Assembly: GCA_048937405.1 (NCBI GenBank)
Contig: JBHLNF010000015.1
Location: forward strand, 661 to 64,660
Direction: 5' to 3'
Length of the DNA stretch: 64,000 nucleotides
Source: Promethearchaeota archaeon
GTDB lineage: Archaea > Asgardarchaeota > Lokiarchaeia > Sigyniarchaeales > SOKP01
A program made the position numbers and the translations under genes. Below, piece after piece: positions 36,836-46,744 of the stretch (its first letter is position 1; each line of letters starts with the position of its first letter). Below the pieces are notes generated by a model. It was not told the DNA's origin. It saw nothing but the letters and a program-made list of their open reading frames with translations, and made no database searches.

Positions 36836-37086
36836 AATTAGTTCTAAGATAAGAATCTTATAGAATATTATACAATTTAATAAGGAAAAAGAAAAATAGA
36901 ATGTTAATGTCCTATGGACATTACATTATCAGTTTAAGGTCTACCTTCGGAAGCTGGCATACTGTTATTATTCTCTAGAAACTTTTTTAAACTACACATA
37001 AATTTTAATTTTAATTTTATTTTATTATAGTTTTCTAATATAATTCCAATGAATTATGTTTTAGGAATATATTACTTTTTAGTAAA

Positions 37087-40000
37087 TTAAATCAGATCTT
37101 TACCAAAAAAAAGATCTGGATAAATTCTTTCAAATTTTTCAGTAAAAAGCTTATGATTCATCCAAATTTTATCCTTATTATTCCATTTTAGATTAATTAA
37201 TGGATTATAAGATTCTAAAAAACTTAAATCTCCATAAATATCTCTAAGAAGATTGTTCCCATTAATTAAATCTATTAAAACAATATAATTATTTATTTCC
37301 AAATATTCAAATAATCTGTCGAATAACCTAAGAAATTCATCCACTTCACACTGTGGAAGGTATAACTTAACTATTAATCCATTTTCAAATCTAATTTGCT
37401 CTGTAAATCCATAGATATAATATTCTCCTTCAATTTCATATATAAATCCATAATTAAAGAAATTGAAGATTTTTATGATTTTAGAATTCAATTCTTCCTT
37501 TACATTAGGAATAATTATGTATATATTATCTTGAAAGTCTAAATTTTTTAATGAGAGATAAGGAAAAATTAGGTTTTTTTTTTGAAGTGTTGTTATATTA
37601 TTAATAAATGAATAATTTCGTGTACCCAAGAATGATTTTAAATCAATAGAGGTCCTATTAAATAATTCTGTTAATGATTGGAAATATATTGAATTGGGTC
37701 CAAGAAATTCTTGTTCTGATGATTTCTTTAGATTAAATTCTCTTATTTTAAAAAATTCAATTTTATAATTGGGATTAAATAATATATTTTGCATGTATAT
37801 TTTAAATCGATTTGAATCATAATTCCAACCATTACTACTTAAATTAAAATTAAAATTAAGTATTTGATATATTTTCTTAACAGAACATAGACAATACTCC
37901 CGTATTATATGTTTAGTTTTAGCATACCAATTAAGATGTTTCATATTAGGTTTGCCATAAGGAAAGATGTATTTGATTAATAAAGAGTTAGTATCATTTA
38001 TAACTGTTGAAAATTTAATAGATTGAAAGGTATTGATTAGAAGATGTTTAAAATCAATTTGATCTATACTTGATGGGTGAATATATAAAAAATATTGATT
38101 TAAACCAAAAAACTGAAAAGCAGGTATAAATTTTATCGATTTAATATAAAATTTAAAGAATTGTTCTTGCTGAGCCATTTTAAATCTTTCAGGATTAATG
38201 AGAATAATATTTAAATTTCTATAGAATTCATTTAATTTTTTTATCATACTGATGTTGAAATCACGTTGTTCATATGAAACGCGTTTATCTACTTCTTTTA
38301 CTAAATTGAAAATATTAATTTCTTTAATCCAAAATTTATCTTGAGAAGACGGTTTAATTTCTTGGGTTGGATAAACTAAATCTCCAAATACTTTTTGAAT
38401 ATAAAGAAAACTCTGTTCAAATAAGTCTTTTGTATAAAAAAACTCTTTTCTATTAAAATCATAGAATTCTTTTATTACAGCAAAAGGGACTAAACCACTT
38501 GTGAAATATCTCTTAAAGCTAATGAGTTCGTCTTTAAATAGGTAATAAAGAATCGAGGAGAACAAATCTTTTTCCTTAATATTAAGAAAATACATAAAAA
38601 TCATTATAATGGATTCGTTATTGAATAAATTTCTCATTCTTTCTAAAAATATTCTTGGAAAAAATTTAATAAGCTTCTTTATTTGGTTTTTAACTCTTTT
38701 TGTGTCTTTTAATAATAATATTGGATGATATTTTGCGAAAGAACTTACAATAATAGTATTGATTAATTCTGGTGAAATTAATCCTTTTTCAAGAAATTTT
38801 TTAAATATAGAATCAAGCAATTGATTTGTAATTTTATAAGGTTTAAATTTCTCAAAAGATTGTTTAAGTTTATTTTCTCGAGTAGAATAAATTCTTTGAG
38901 GAAATTTCTCATTTTTGATGATTTTTCTCATCGAGTCAATACTAAATATCTTTAATTTTCTGAAACTTCTAAAAAGATTGTGAAAATGGTAATATTTTTC
39001 TTTTAAAGCGTTATATTCTTTATTTGATTTAAAATATAACGGAATTATGTCTCTAAATACAATTGATTGAAATTCTTTACTTTTAAAAATTAAATTTTCT
39101 TCAATTAACCGTGAAAATTGGTAAGACTTAAAAAATATTTGGAATTTATTTAAATTCACAATTTCAGGATTTTGTTTAATTATCCTTTCAATAAGATCTA
39201 AGGAGTTTAATATTCGTCGTAGCATTTCTTCTATATAAAAAAATCCAAACCTCTTATTCGCTTCTATGAAATCTAGTAACTCATTTCTTAATCTCAAAGA
39301 TTCATAAAATATACTTAGAGATGTCCTTAGGTCTGAAATTAATCCTTTTTCACTTTCGATATAATTTAGCAATTCATCTTTAAGAGAATGGAGTGTTTCT
39401 TCTCTACGTTCGAATCCAAAACCTGTAATACCTACTTGTCTAGATCTTTCAAAAACAAGCCAATCTAATAGATTCATCTCAATAGCTTTATGAGGTTCAT
39501 CATATAATCTTGAAAATTTTAGTTCATATAAATTATTATATTCTTTATGATTTGGATTTATAATTTTACGCAGATCATTAAAATATTCCCTAAAATAATT
39601 CAGGTTCAGAGTATTATTATGTTCTTTCCAGATAAAGCATTCCTTATTAATGATATAACCAAAATTGTATAAATTTTCAAATAAATTCAATAGATCTTTT
39701 AAATAAATTTTGGGTATTAGAAAAGTACATTGAATTTCCTCAGAAAATCCATTTCTCGAAAAAACGGGATTATGTAGAAATGGAATTCTATCTAGGACAT
39801 TATAAATATCCTTTCGATATAAAATTGGATTAAACTTTATAATCGAATATACCACTGCTACATTTATATTATGATGTGTTAACTGAAATGAGGGAGATAT
39901 AATAGTAGAATTACTAATCCACCGTAAATTTTCACTAAACTTTCTCTTACTTAAAAATGTGGAAATAACACCATTGTCTTTAAATTCTTGAAAATAATCT

Positions 40001-40698
40001 TCAAATTCGTTATATCTTCTAAAGATTTTAACACGATAAAAAATATCTACTAAAACCCTGATTGTTTCTACTATTTCATCATTATAAAGCGATTTTGAGG
40101 TCTTATATATAAATTCTTCAAATAATGTATAGTAAAAATCATCCATTTTATCTTGGATTAAAGAGATATTTCTTCGAATAAACTCAAAAAAGAACTGTGT
40201 GGGACTTTGAGTTCTTTCTGTTGCTTCAAGCTTAAAAAATTTATTCAACTTATCATATTGTGCTGATAAGTAATCATAATTTATTATTTTGCTCCGAATA
40301 TGGGTTTTCCACTCATCCATTACCAGTAATTTTGAAAGATCATTTTCAATAATTTCATGAAGAACAATTTGAATACTCTGCTTTTCTCTTAGTTCATATG
40401 GTATAAAGCATAAGTAGGCTTCTCTGAGTAAAATTAGATGTATGAATTTCAAATAATTTTCAAAGATTTCAATTTGACATAAATTTCCTGTCAATTTTCT
40501 TCTAACACCAGTATCATAAAAATTATTCAAGTCTTCATTTAGATTTTCTATAATAATGATTGTTACATTTGAATTAATTGCCTCCAAACCTATGTAATTT
40601 TCAATTTCATTTAAAAGATAACTGAATATTTGGTTAATATCACTAACAATTTTTTCTTTTGATGTAGATATTAAAATATCTAAATTTAGATTATTCAT
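37087..40698 (-). CDS. Giant hypothetical protein (1203 aa), N/I/F/K/Y-rich ORFan
   Basis: Uninterrupted 3.6-kb ORF with ATG start in DNA of ~20% G+C (12 of 60 in 37141..37200), where random ORFs this long are implausible. No P-loop, HNH, zincin or other catalytic motif found by eye. Confidence 0.6.
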   Translation of the reverse strand: MNNLNLDILISTSKEKIVSDINQIFSYLLNEIENYIGLEAINSNVTIIIIENLNEDLNNFYDTGVRRKLTGNLCQIEIFENYLKFIHLILLREAYLCFIPYELREKQSIQIVLHEIIENDLSKLLVMDEWKTHIRSKIINYDYLSAQYDKLNKFFKLEATERTQSPTQFFFEFIRRNISLIQDKMDDFYYTLFEEFIYKTSKSLYNDEIVETIRVLVDIFYRVKIFRRYNEFEDYFQEFKDNGVISTFLSKRKFSENLRWISNSTIISPSFQLTHHNINVAVVYSIIKFNPILYRKDIYNVLDRIPFLHNPVFSRNGFSEEIQCTFLIPKIYLKDLLNLFENLYNFGYIINKECFIWKEHNNTLNLNYFREYFNDLRKIINPNHKEYNNLYELKFSRLYDEPHKAIEMNLLDWLVFERSRQVGITGFGFERREETLHSLKDELLNYIESEKGLISDLRTSLSIFYESLRLRNELLDFIEANKRFGFFYIEEMLRRILNSLDLIERIIKQNPEIVNLNKFQIFFKSYQFSRLIEENLIFKSKEFQSIVFRDIIPLYFKSNKEYNALKEKYYHFHNLFRSFRKLKIFSIDSMRKIIKNEKFPQRIYSTRENKLKQSFEKFKPYKITNQLLDSIFKKFLEKGLISPELINTIIVSSFAKYHPILLLKDTKRVKNQIKKLIKFFPRIFLERMRNLFNNESIIMIFMYFLNIKEKDLFSSILYYLFKDELISFKRYFTSGLVPFAVIKEFYDFNRKEFFYTKDLFEQSFLYIQKVFGDLVYPTQEIKPSSQDKFWIKEINIFNLVKEVDKRVSYEQRDFNISMIKKLNEFYRNLNIILINPERFKMAQQEQFFKFYIKSIKFIPAFQFFGLNQYFLYIHPSSIDQIDFKHLLINTFQSIKFSTVINDTNSLLIKYIFPYGKPNMKHLNWYAKTKHIIREYCLCSVKKIYQILNFNFNLSSNGWNYDSNRFKIYMQNILFNPNYKIEFFKIREFNLKKSSEQEFLGPNSIYFQSLTELFNRTSIDLKSFLGTRNYSFINNITTLQKKNLIFPYLSLKNLDFQDNIYIIIPNVKEELNSKIIKIFNFFNYGFIYEIEGEYYIYGFTEQIRFENGLIVKLYLPQCEVDEFLRLFDRLFEYLEINNYIVLIDLINGNNLLRDIYGDLSFLESYNPLINLKWNNKDKIWMNHKLFTEKFERIYPDLFFGKDLI

Positions 40699-40976
40699 AC
40701 AGACCTTTTTATTATATAACCCTATTTTTGATTGTTAGTCTATTTTTATAATTAAAATACAAATCAATTCTTATTCTTCGTTAAAATATTACCACTAATA
40801 TATTTAAAATTTTGGGAAACTTCTGCAAGATTTTTCTAAAGTGTAATTTGAGATTATTAAATTATGATTACTAAAAATTAGTAGAAGGTATAGGATACTA
40901 AAATTCAAAAAATTAAGAATCCTAAAATATAATAGTTTAAAGGAGCATTTTATAATTAATTAACAATAGAAGAAAA

Positions 40977-41408
40977 ATGCCAAAAATTTTAAATTATTCC
41001 ATAGTCGGTCTTGAAGATTATACAATTAGTTTTGAGAGTTATTGCTCCTTATGTGAGATTCAGCAGTTTTGCAAATACGGGAAAGATGAGCCTTTCTCGA
41101 TTAAGATTAGTTGTGGGGATTTAAATCGGGCTAAAGAGAAGGTAAAATTTGACCAACTTCAAAAGCTCCAGAAAACTGAGGATGTTTCAGTTCCTTATGA
41201 AGAACTAATTAAAAAAGTAAAAATTAATCTAACCAATATCATTTCTCAAATTTGGAAAGGGAAAATAAAAACCCATAAAGAAGAAATTAGATGTTTAGAC
41301 ACTCGTAAGTTGGATCCTATCTTGGTGAGTCAACAAGGTCAGGACTGGTGGGCTGATTTTAATGCTACAATGAAAGTAATAAATGAAGAATGTGAAAAAA
41401 TTACATAA
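40977..41408 (+). CDS. Hypothetical protein
   Basis: 143 aa, ATG start, several Cys, no family recognised. Confidence 0.4.
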   Translation: MPKILNYSIVGLEDYTISFESYCSLCEIQQFCKYGKDEPFSIKISCGDLNRAKEKVKFDQLQKLQKTEDVSVPYEELIKKVKINLTNIISQIWKGKIKTHKEEIRCLDTRKLDPILVSQQGQDWWADFNATMKVINEECEKIT

Positions 41409-41464
41409 ACAGTCTTCTAAGATTTTGTAGACTTTAAATATACAATATTAGATAATATTGTGTT

Positions 41465-42097
41465 ATGGTTCTTTTTGGACAAATAAATAAGAATTTACTA
41501 TCAGCAGAAGTAATTTTTGAAGATTTAATTGGTGGTTTGGAAAATTGGTGCATTGCTTTTAATAATTTCTTCTTAATTTTTTGTAGATACTTGAAATATA
41601 TTTTTGTTTTCATCATAATAACCATTGGAATTTTTACATTATTGAAGTTAAGTGGGGATTATAACCAATCTAAATCAACTATCATGGAAAATCAAGAGGA
41701 TCACCAAATGAAATCTAGAATAACTTTAGGGTGTTTTTATATTGTTTTAGCTATTGGGATTTTATTTGATTATTTTACCTATTTTTTGTTAATTATATTA
41801 GATCCAATACCAGATCGCTTAATTTATAATTTTATTACATTTAGTGGAATAGATCCTTTTTATTTGAATGGGATAAGGGATATTAGTGCTTCACAATTTG
41901 CTCATGAAAAGACGATTTATTATTGTTTTTCCTTTATTTCATTAATTTCGATATTGGATATATTATTGAGTCTCTGGTATCTTATTAGTAACAACCGGAT
42001 AACTCATAATCCAAGGAGAGCTATCATATTTCTAATTTCGGGCATTATAGGGGGAATATTATTTGGATTTAATACGTTTCTTCCTTTTTTTCTTTGA
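41465..42097 (+). CDS. Hypothetical membrane protein
   Basis: 210 aa with about 5 hydrophobic helices. Start uncertain. Confidence 0.4.
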   Translation: MVLFGQINKNLLSAEVIFEDLIGGLENWCIAFNNFFLIFCRYLKYIFVFIIITIGIFTLLKLSGDYNQSKSTIMENQEDHQMKSRITLGCFYIVLAIGILFDYFTYFLLIILDPIPDRLIYNFITFSGIDPFYLNGIRDISASQFAHEKTIYYCFSFISLISILDILLSLWYLISNNRITHNPRRAIIFLISGIIGGILFGFNTFLPFFL

Positions 42098-42331
42098 TAT
42101 TCAAATTTTAAAAAAGATATAGTTTCTAATCTATATATCATCACATTTTGAGCGAAACATTTATATATTATAATGTAATATTAACTATGCATCTAGAATA
42201 TATTAGATTCAGTCACATTTAGTTCCAAAACAATATTTTATACGCTACACGGGTTAATTGTTACTTGGACAAGTTCGTATGTAAAAGAATTGGTATTTAT
42301 ATATTTTTAAAAATAAAATAGGGTTAGTATT

Positions 42332-43219
42332 ATGGAAGTTGAATCAGATTTAAGTAATTTTTCAAATTTATGCCCAGAATGTGGGGGCAAGATTATTTTA
42401 CTTCATGAGAAGGGGGAAACTGTATGTGGACAGTGTGGTTTAGTAATTAATGAACGAATCGTTGATATTTCTCATAGTGGTAAAAGAGCTTTTACCAAAC
42501 AGGAAAAGGAATCTAGAGAAAGAACAGGATCTCCAATTTCAATTTTATTGCCTGATATGGGCTTAAGTACGATTATAGATAAATCAAATATTAAAAGTCC
42601 TGATTTGAAGAGAGCAGCTAAATGGAATTCTCGAATGACTTGGGATAAACGAAATATGTTGATTGCCACAACAGAATTAAAGAGGATTGGGAGTAACATG
42701 AATTTGCCAAATCATGTAAAAAAAGCGGCAATAAGATTGTACATCGAGGCATTCAAAAAGAAATTACTGAGGGGTAGATCTATTAATGGGATGGTTGCTG
42801 CTTGTTTATATTTTGCTTGTCGAGAGAGAAAAATCCCACGAACTCTGCAAGAAATATTGGATCAAACAGCCGTCAATGCAAAGAATGTTAGAAGATGTTA
42901 TAGAACATTGATTAGGGAATTGAATTTAAAGGTTCCCTCAACAGATCCCATCTCTCTTATTCCAAGATTCATTGCGGAATTAGATTTAGATGCAGATGCT
43001 GAAAATACAACAATAAAGATACTACAAAATTTTACTTCTAAATATTCTACAAGTGGTAAAGATCCAAAAGGTTTATGTGCTGGGGCATTATATCTTGTTT
43101 GTAAAAAGAAAGATAAAAAGATTTCTCAGAAGGATATTGCAAATTTAGTTGGAGTAACTGAAGTAACTCTTCGTTCAAGATATAAAGAACTTGTAAAAAT
43201 GCTAAATATTATGGTATAA
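42332..43219 (+). CDS. tfb: Transcription initiation factor B, second paralog
   Basis: 295 aa. Zinc ribbon CPECGGKIILLHEKGETVCGQCGLVINERIVD, two cyclin folds, C-terminal GVTEVTLRSRYKEL. Confidence 0.85.
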   Translation: MEVESDLSNFSNLCPECGGKIILLHEKGETVCGQCGLVINERIVDISHSGKRAFTKQEKESRERTGSPISILLPDMGLSTIIDKSNIKSPDLKRAAKWNSRMTWDKRNMLIATTELKRIGSNMNLPNHVKKAAIRLYIEAFKKKLLRGRSINGMVAACLYFACRERKIPRTLQEILDQTAVNAKNVRRCYRTLIRELNLKVPSTDPISLIPRFIAELDLDADAENTTIKILQNFTSKYSTSGKDPKGLCAGALYLVCKKKDKKISQKDIANLVGVTEVTLRSRYKELVKMLNIMV

Positions 43220-43240
43220 TTAAAAAATTATTCTTTTTTT

Positions 43241-43822
43241 TTATTCTTCTTTTTTTAACATTAATTTTATAAAATCTGGTAAAGTTAATAGATAACTTTG
43301 GGCATGAGGTAAGTGATCCTTGATTTTTATAAAGAGTTGAGAATAATTTTCTGCTGTTTCTTTCTGTTTCAACATATCATTACGAGTTTGTTCTCGAACC
43401 GGCTCAACTGGAATTCCCCTCATTACAGCTCGTGCAGGAATAATTAAACCTGGAGGAACCTCGCTATGGTTTAAAATTATTGCACCCTCCCCAATTGAAG
43501 CTTCTTCATAGATTAATGACCCCTCCTTTACTTGAATATAATCCTCTAAAAAACAACCTAGGAGAGTTGCTCCTGATTCAATAATACAATATCTCCCTAT
43601 ATTTATAGAACTTTTTTGTGAACGTGTAAACATGATAACTCCATCAAAAATCGTTGTAAATTCACCGATATTTATTGGTGAGTTTTCTGCTCGAATAATT
43701 GCTCCCGGCCAAATTATTACATTATCATTAATATGAATATCTCCAATTAATGTAGCCATTGGTGAAACATAACTATTCGGGCTTATTTCCGGTCTTTTTC
43801 CGTTATGTTCAATTATAGGCAA
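43241..43822 (-). CDS. Gamma-carbonic-anhydrase-like / left-handed beta-helix (hexapeptide repeat) protein
   Basis: 193 aa, TTG start. YVSPMATLIGDIHINDNVIIWPGAIIRAE...INIGEFTTIFDGVIM...INIGRYCIIESGATLLGC shows hexapeptide periodicity typical of the YrdA/PaaY/CamH family. Confidence 0.75.
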   Translation of the reverse strand: MPIIEHNGKRPEISPNSYVSPMATLIGDIHINDNVIIWPGAIIRAENSPINIGEFTTIFDGVIMFTRSQKSSINIGRYCIIESGATLLGCFLEDYIQVKEGSLIYEEASIGEGAIILNHSEVPPGLIIPARAVMRGIPVEPVREQTRNDMLKQKETAENYSQLFIKIKDHLPHAQSYLLTLPDFIKLMLKKEE

Positions 43823-43918
43823 ATTAATCTCACTTAATTTTTTTATTAAAAACTACAAAAAATAATTTTATATAAATTCAAAATATATCTGAAAAGATTT
43901 AAACTTTTATTAAAGCTC

Positions 43919-44734
43919 TTAGATAATAGTTTTAATGGGATTTTCTGATTCAAATAAAAAGAATTCAACATCAGGAAACTCTAAACTCAAGAAATTACAA
44001 AATTTTTTCATTGTTAATAATACATTCTGATAATGAGATGTTTCTATTAAATTGATTCCAATATCTCTAGCAAAAACAGCATCAAAATAATCAATTTTCC
44101 CTGAAATAAAACAATCACATCCTCCTTTCATTGCCTTCTTAATATAATTTGTTTTTGATGTTGTACCACCGATGATACAAATTTTTTGAATTATTTTTTT
44201 GAGATTCCCTACATATGATACATAAGGTAAATTTAAATTTTTTTTTACTCTGTTTACTAAGTCCTCAAAGGTAAAAGTTTTTTTCTGATGTAAGTAATTT
44301 AAAGGAGAACAAATCCTACCAATAGGTATTTTTACTCCATCTATAAATTTTATTTCAAAGGTGTTATCTATTTTTAAATAGAGGGCCTTTGCAATTGTAT
44401 CCGTAATACCTTCTTCAGCTGATATAAATGTCGAATTTAAAATAAATATTGAAAATGGGTATTTAGACAGTAATGCTAGTTTATTTATAATATTTTGATC
44501 GAATTTTTTTATTGGATCATTAAATAAACTATGACTAGATATTATCAAATTAACTTTCTGTTTTAAAGCAAAATGTATCGCTTCTAATGTTAAATCTATT
44601 GTTAGCATTCCTTTCTTAATTATTTTATTTTTCCTATTTTTATCATAATATAATCCATATGCTTCGGAATTTATTTTAAATGCCTTGGGAGATAATTTTT
44701 TTTCTAAAAGCGCTGTTATTTCTTGAAGCATCAT
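43919..44734 (-). CDS. NIF3-family (dinuclear metal centre) protein
   Basis: 271 aa. NLIISSHSLF and ...LIETSHYQ resemble the conserved NIF3 metal-binding His motifs. Confidence 0.7.
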   Translation of the reverse strand: MMLQEITALLEKKLSPKAFKINSEAYGLYYDKNRKNKIIKKGMLTIDLTLEAIHFALKQKVNLIISSHSLFNDPIKKFDQNIINKLALLSKYPFSIFILNSTFISAEEGITDTIAKALYLKIDNTFEIKFIDGVKIPIGRICSPLNYLHQKKTFTFEDLVNRVKKNLNLPYVSYVGNLKKIIQKICIIGGTTSKTNYIKKAMKGGCDCFISGKIDYFDAVFARDIGINLIETSHYQNVLLTMKKFCNFLSLEFPDVEFFLFESENPIKTII

Positions 44735-44877
44735 TTAAATCACTCTATAAAACTACTATTATGAAAAATCTGTTTATTTTAATATGATATAACTGAGTAA
44801 AGGTTTTTTAATTTGAAATTAAAATATATATATGAAAGTAAAGGTATCTTAAAATCAACAAGATTAGTTGTAAAGTT

Positions 44878-45291
44878 ATGAAAGAAAAAAATTGTATTTT
44901 TTGTAAAATAGTGGAAAAAGAGATTCCTTCAAAAATAGTATTTGAAAATGATTTAAGTATTGCATTTTTAGATATTGCTCCTATTTCTAAAGGTCACACA
45001 ATCGTTATTCCTAAAAATCATTATTCAAATCTAGAAGATATACCTAATAATGAATTAACTGAACTTTATAAGATAGTAAAGTTGATAGGAATAAGAATTC
45101 ATCAAAAATTAAATATAGATGGGTACAATATCCTTCAAAACAATTTTAAAGCCGCTGGTCAAGTAGTTAATCATTTTCATGTTCATATTATTCCAAGAAA
45201 TTTAGATGATGAAAAATTTCATATTAAAATCCCCAGAACTCAAAGTTCAGATGAGGAACTTGATAATATCTTAGAGATCTTAAAAAAATAA
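44878..45291 (+). CDS. HIT-family (histidine triad) nucleotide hydrolase
   Basis: 137 aa. CIFCKIV N-terminus and the triad NHFHVHIIPR. Confidence 0.85.
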   Translation: MKEKNCIFCKIVEKEIPSKIVFENDLSIAFLDIAPISKGHTIVIPKNHYSNLEDIPNNELTELYKIVKLIGIRIHQKLNIDGYNILQNNFKAAGQVVNHFHVHIIPRNLDDEKFHIKIPRTQSSDEELDNILEILKK

Positions 45292-45364
45292 ATCCTCATT
45301 TGATATCCTCTCAGACTTTAAAACTGTTTAGTTTATAAGAAAAATTTATAAAAATAAAATAGTA

Positions 45365-45565
45365 ATGAGTCTAAGAAAGTTTATTAGGAAATTATGTTCT
45401 AAAACTAGAGATTTCTTTAGAGATGAATTTGGAGGTAATATAATAGAATATGCTTTATTAGTTGGATTTGCTTTATTCATTTTTTTTATAATCATTAGTG
45501 TGATTACCTCAATGTTAGATTGGACAGTGGGATTATCCGAAGATTTTTTTGATATTTTTAAATAA
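45365..45565 (+). CDS. Flp-like / class III signal peptide pilin candidate
   Basis: 66 aa. Basic N-terminus, then DEFG|GNIIEYALLVGFALFIFFIII fits the G-x4-EY Flp prepilin motif followed by a hydrophobic helix. The overlapping antisense track ORF (45346..45591) is judged spurious. Confidence 0.45.
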   Translation: MSLRKFIRKLCSKTRDFFRDEFGGNIIEYALLVGFALFIFFIIISVITSMLDWTVGLSEDFFDIFK

Positions 45566-45601
45566 ATATTCAAATATAAGCAAATTTCCACTTATGAACT
45601 C

Positions 45602-45973
45602 TTATTTATTTTTAATAATCTTGTTATCAATATACATGAAATCATATTTTTCGGCCCACTCATCAAGATGATCTATTACAAATTCAATATCTAATTTTAA
45701 ATGATCAATAAATACATTAAATGGTATTTTATCAGCACTTTTTAGATATCTCCTTATTCTCTTATCAAGATCCAAACTTTCAGGTGGATTTTCTTTTCTT
45801 TTTCTGGCTCTTAATTTCTCTAAAAGAGGATCATTTTTACTGTCGTTAAAAAAATATTCAACAATATTGCTTATAACTTGAGCTTTTGTGGCTCCAAAAA
45901 CGTCAACTAATTCAGTAATTAACTTCATATAACTTTTATTCAGAGTAACTGTTGTTCTTGTTGTTTCAGTCAT
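45602..45973 (-). CDS. Hypothetical protein, possible ribbon-helix-helix N-terminus
   Basis: 123 aa. TTVTLNKSYMKLITELVDVFGATKAQVISNIVEYFF looks like a strand-helix-helix. Confidence 0.4.
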   Translation of the reverse strand: MTETTRTTVTLNKSYMKLITELVDVFGATKAQVISNIVEYFFNDSKNDPLLEKLRARKRKENPPESLDLDKRIRRYLKSADKIPFNVFIDHLKLDIEFVIDHLDEWAEKYDFMYIDNKIIKNK

Positions 45974-46183
45974 TTTTCAGTTTAAAAATTTAATTATCCA
46001 ATAATTATAGAAAAACTTATATTTTTAAATCTTATGCTTATTGATGATAATAATACATAAATAAGCATCATTTATATATCAATTGACTTTATTAGATCAT
46101 ATGAACACAATTTTTCACTTTAAAATTTAAAAAGTCGAAAAAATGTCGTTTTAAAATTCAAAATTAATGTAGAGGAATTCACT

Positions 46184-46438
46184 TTGGGAAATAATATATC
46201 TGTTGATAAAAATTTTAATCTCAAAGAATTTTTATCACCAATAGAGTTTAACTTATTAAGAGCTTTAAGAGAGGTTGGACCTTTAACTCGCAAAGATTTA
46301 GTAAAAGAATTAAAAACTCCTAGAACAACCATTTATGATAATCTAGTTAAACTTCAAAAAAGAAAACTAATTGAAAAATTCACTCGCAATAATGGAACAA
46401 GAGGACGACCTCTTGTCTTTTGGAAATTTAAAGAATAA
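46184..46438 (+). CDS. Small winged-helix transcriptional regulator
   Basis: 84 aa, TTG start. LSPIEFNLLRALREVGPLTRKDLVKELKTPRTTIYDNLVKLQKRKLIEKF...GRPLVFWKF is a MarR/TrmB-type wHTH. Confidence 0.6.
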   Translation: MGNNISVDKNFNLKEFLSPIEFNLLRALREVGPLTRKDLVKELKTPRTTIYDNLVKLQKRKLIEKFTRNNGTRGRPLVFWKFKE

Positions 46439-46744
46439 TACAATCCCATTTTTTTTTAATCTAGTAAGAAAGATAATTTGAAATTGAATATTAATTTCAA
46501 TAGATACTCCTATATTTCTATTGCAATTTTTTTTAAAATAAGATAAGAAAAAATTCTTAATATATTTTAAAATAGGACCCAGTAAAAAATTTTTAAAAGA
46601 TATATAAATAATTCTATTTACTTTTTAATAAATGAATTTATCCCTTTAGTTTATCTAGTCTTGAATTCTCCACTCGAAAAAATGGAGTATAAAATAAGTT
46701 TGATGAAAATAAAATAGCCTATTAATTCCTTAAAAATTAATATT

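Noticed and set aside
36905-36923. Perfect hairpin TAATGTCC-TAT-GGACATTA between convergent genes, as a transcription terminator
   Set aside because: Archaeal termination relies mainly on oligo-T tracts rather than hairpins. A single 8-bp palindrome in AT-rich DNA is weak evidence, so I did not annotate it.
45346-46332. Track ORFs 45346..45591 (-) and 46120..46332 (-)
   Set aside because: The opposite-strand ORFs carry recognisable signatures: the Flp-type G-x4-EY prepilin motif and a wHTH. These two do not.
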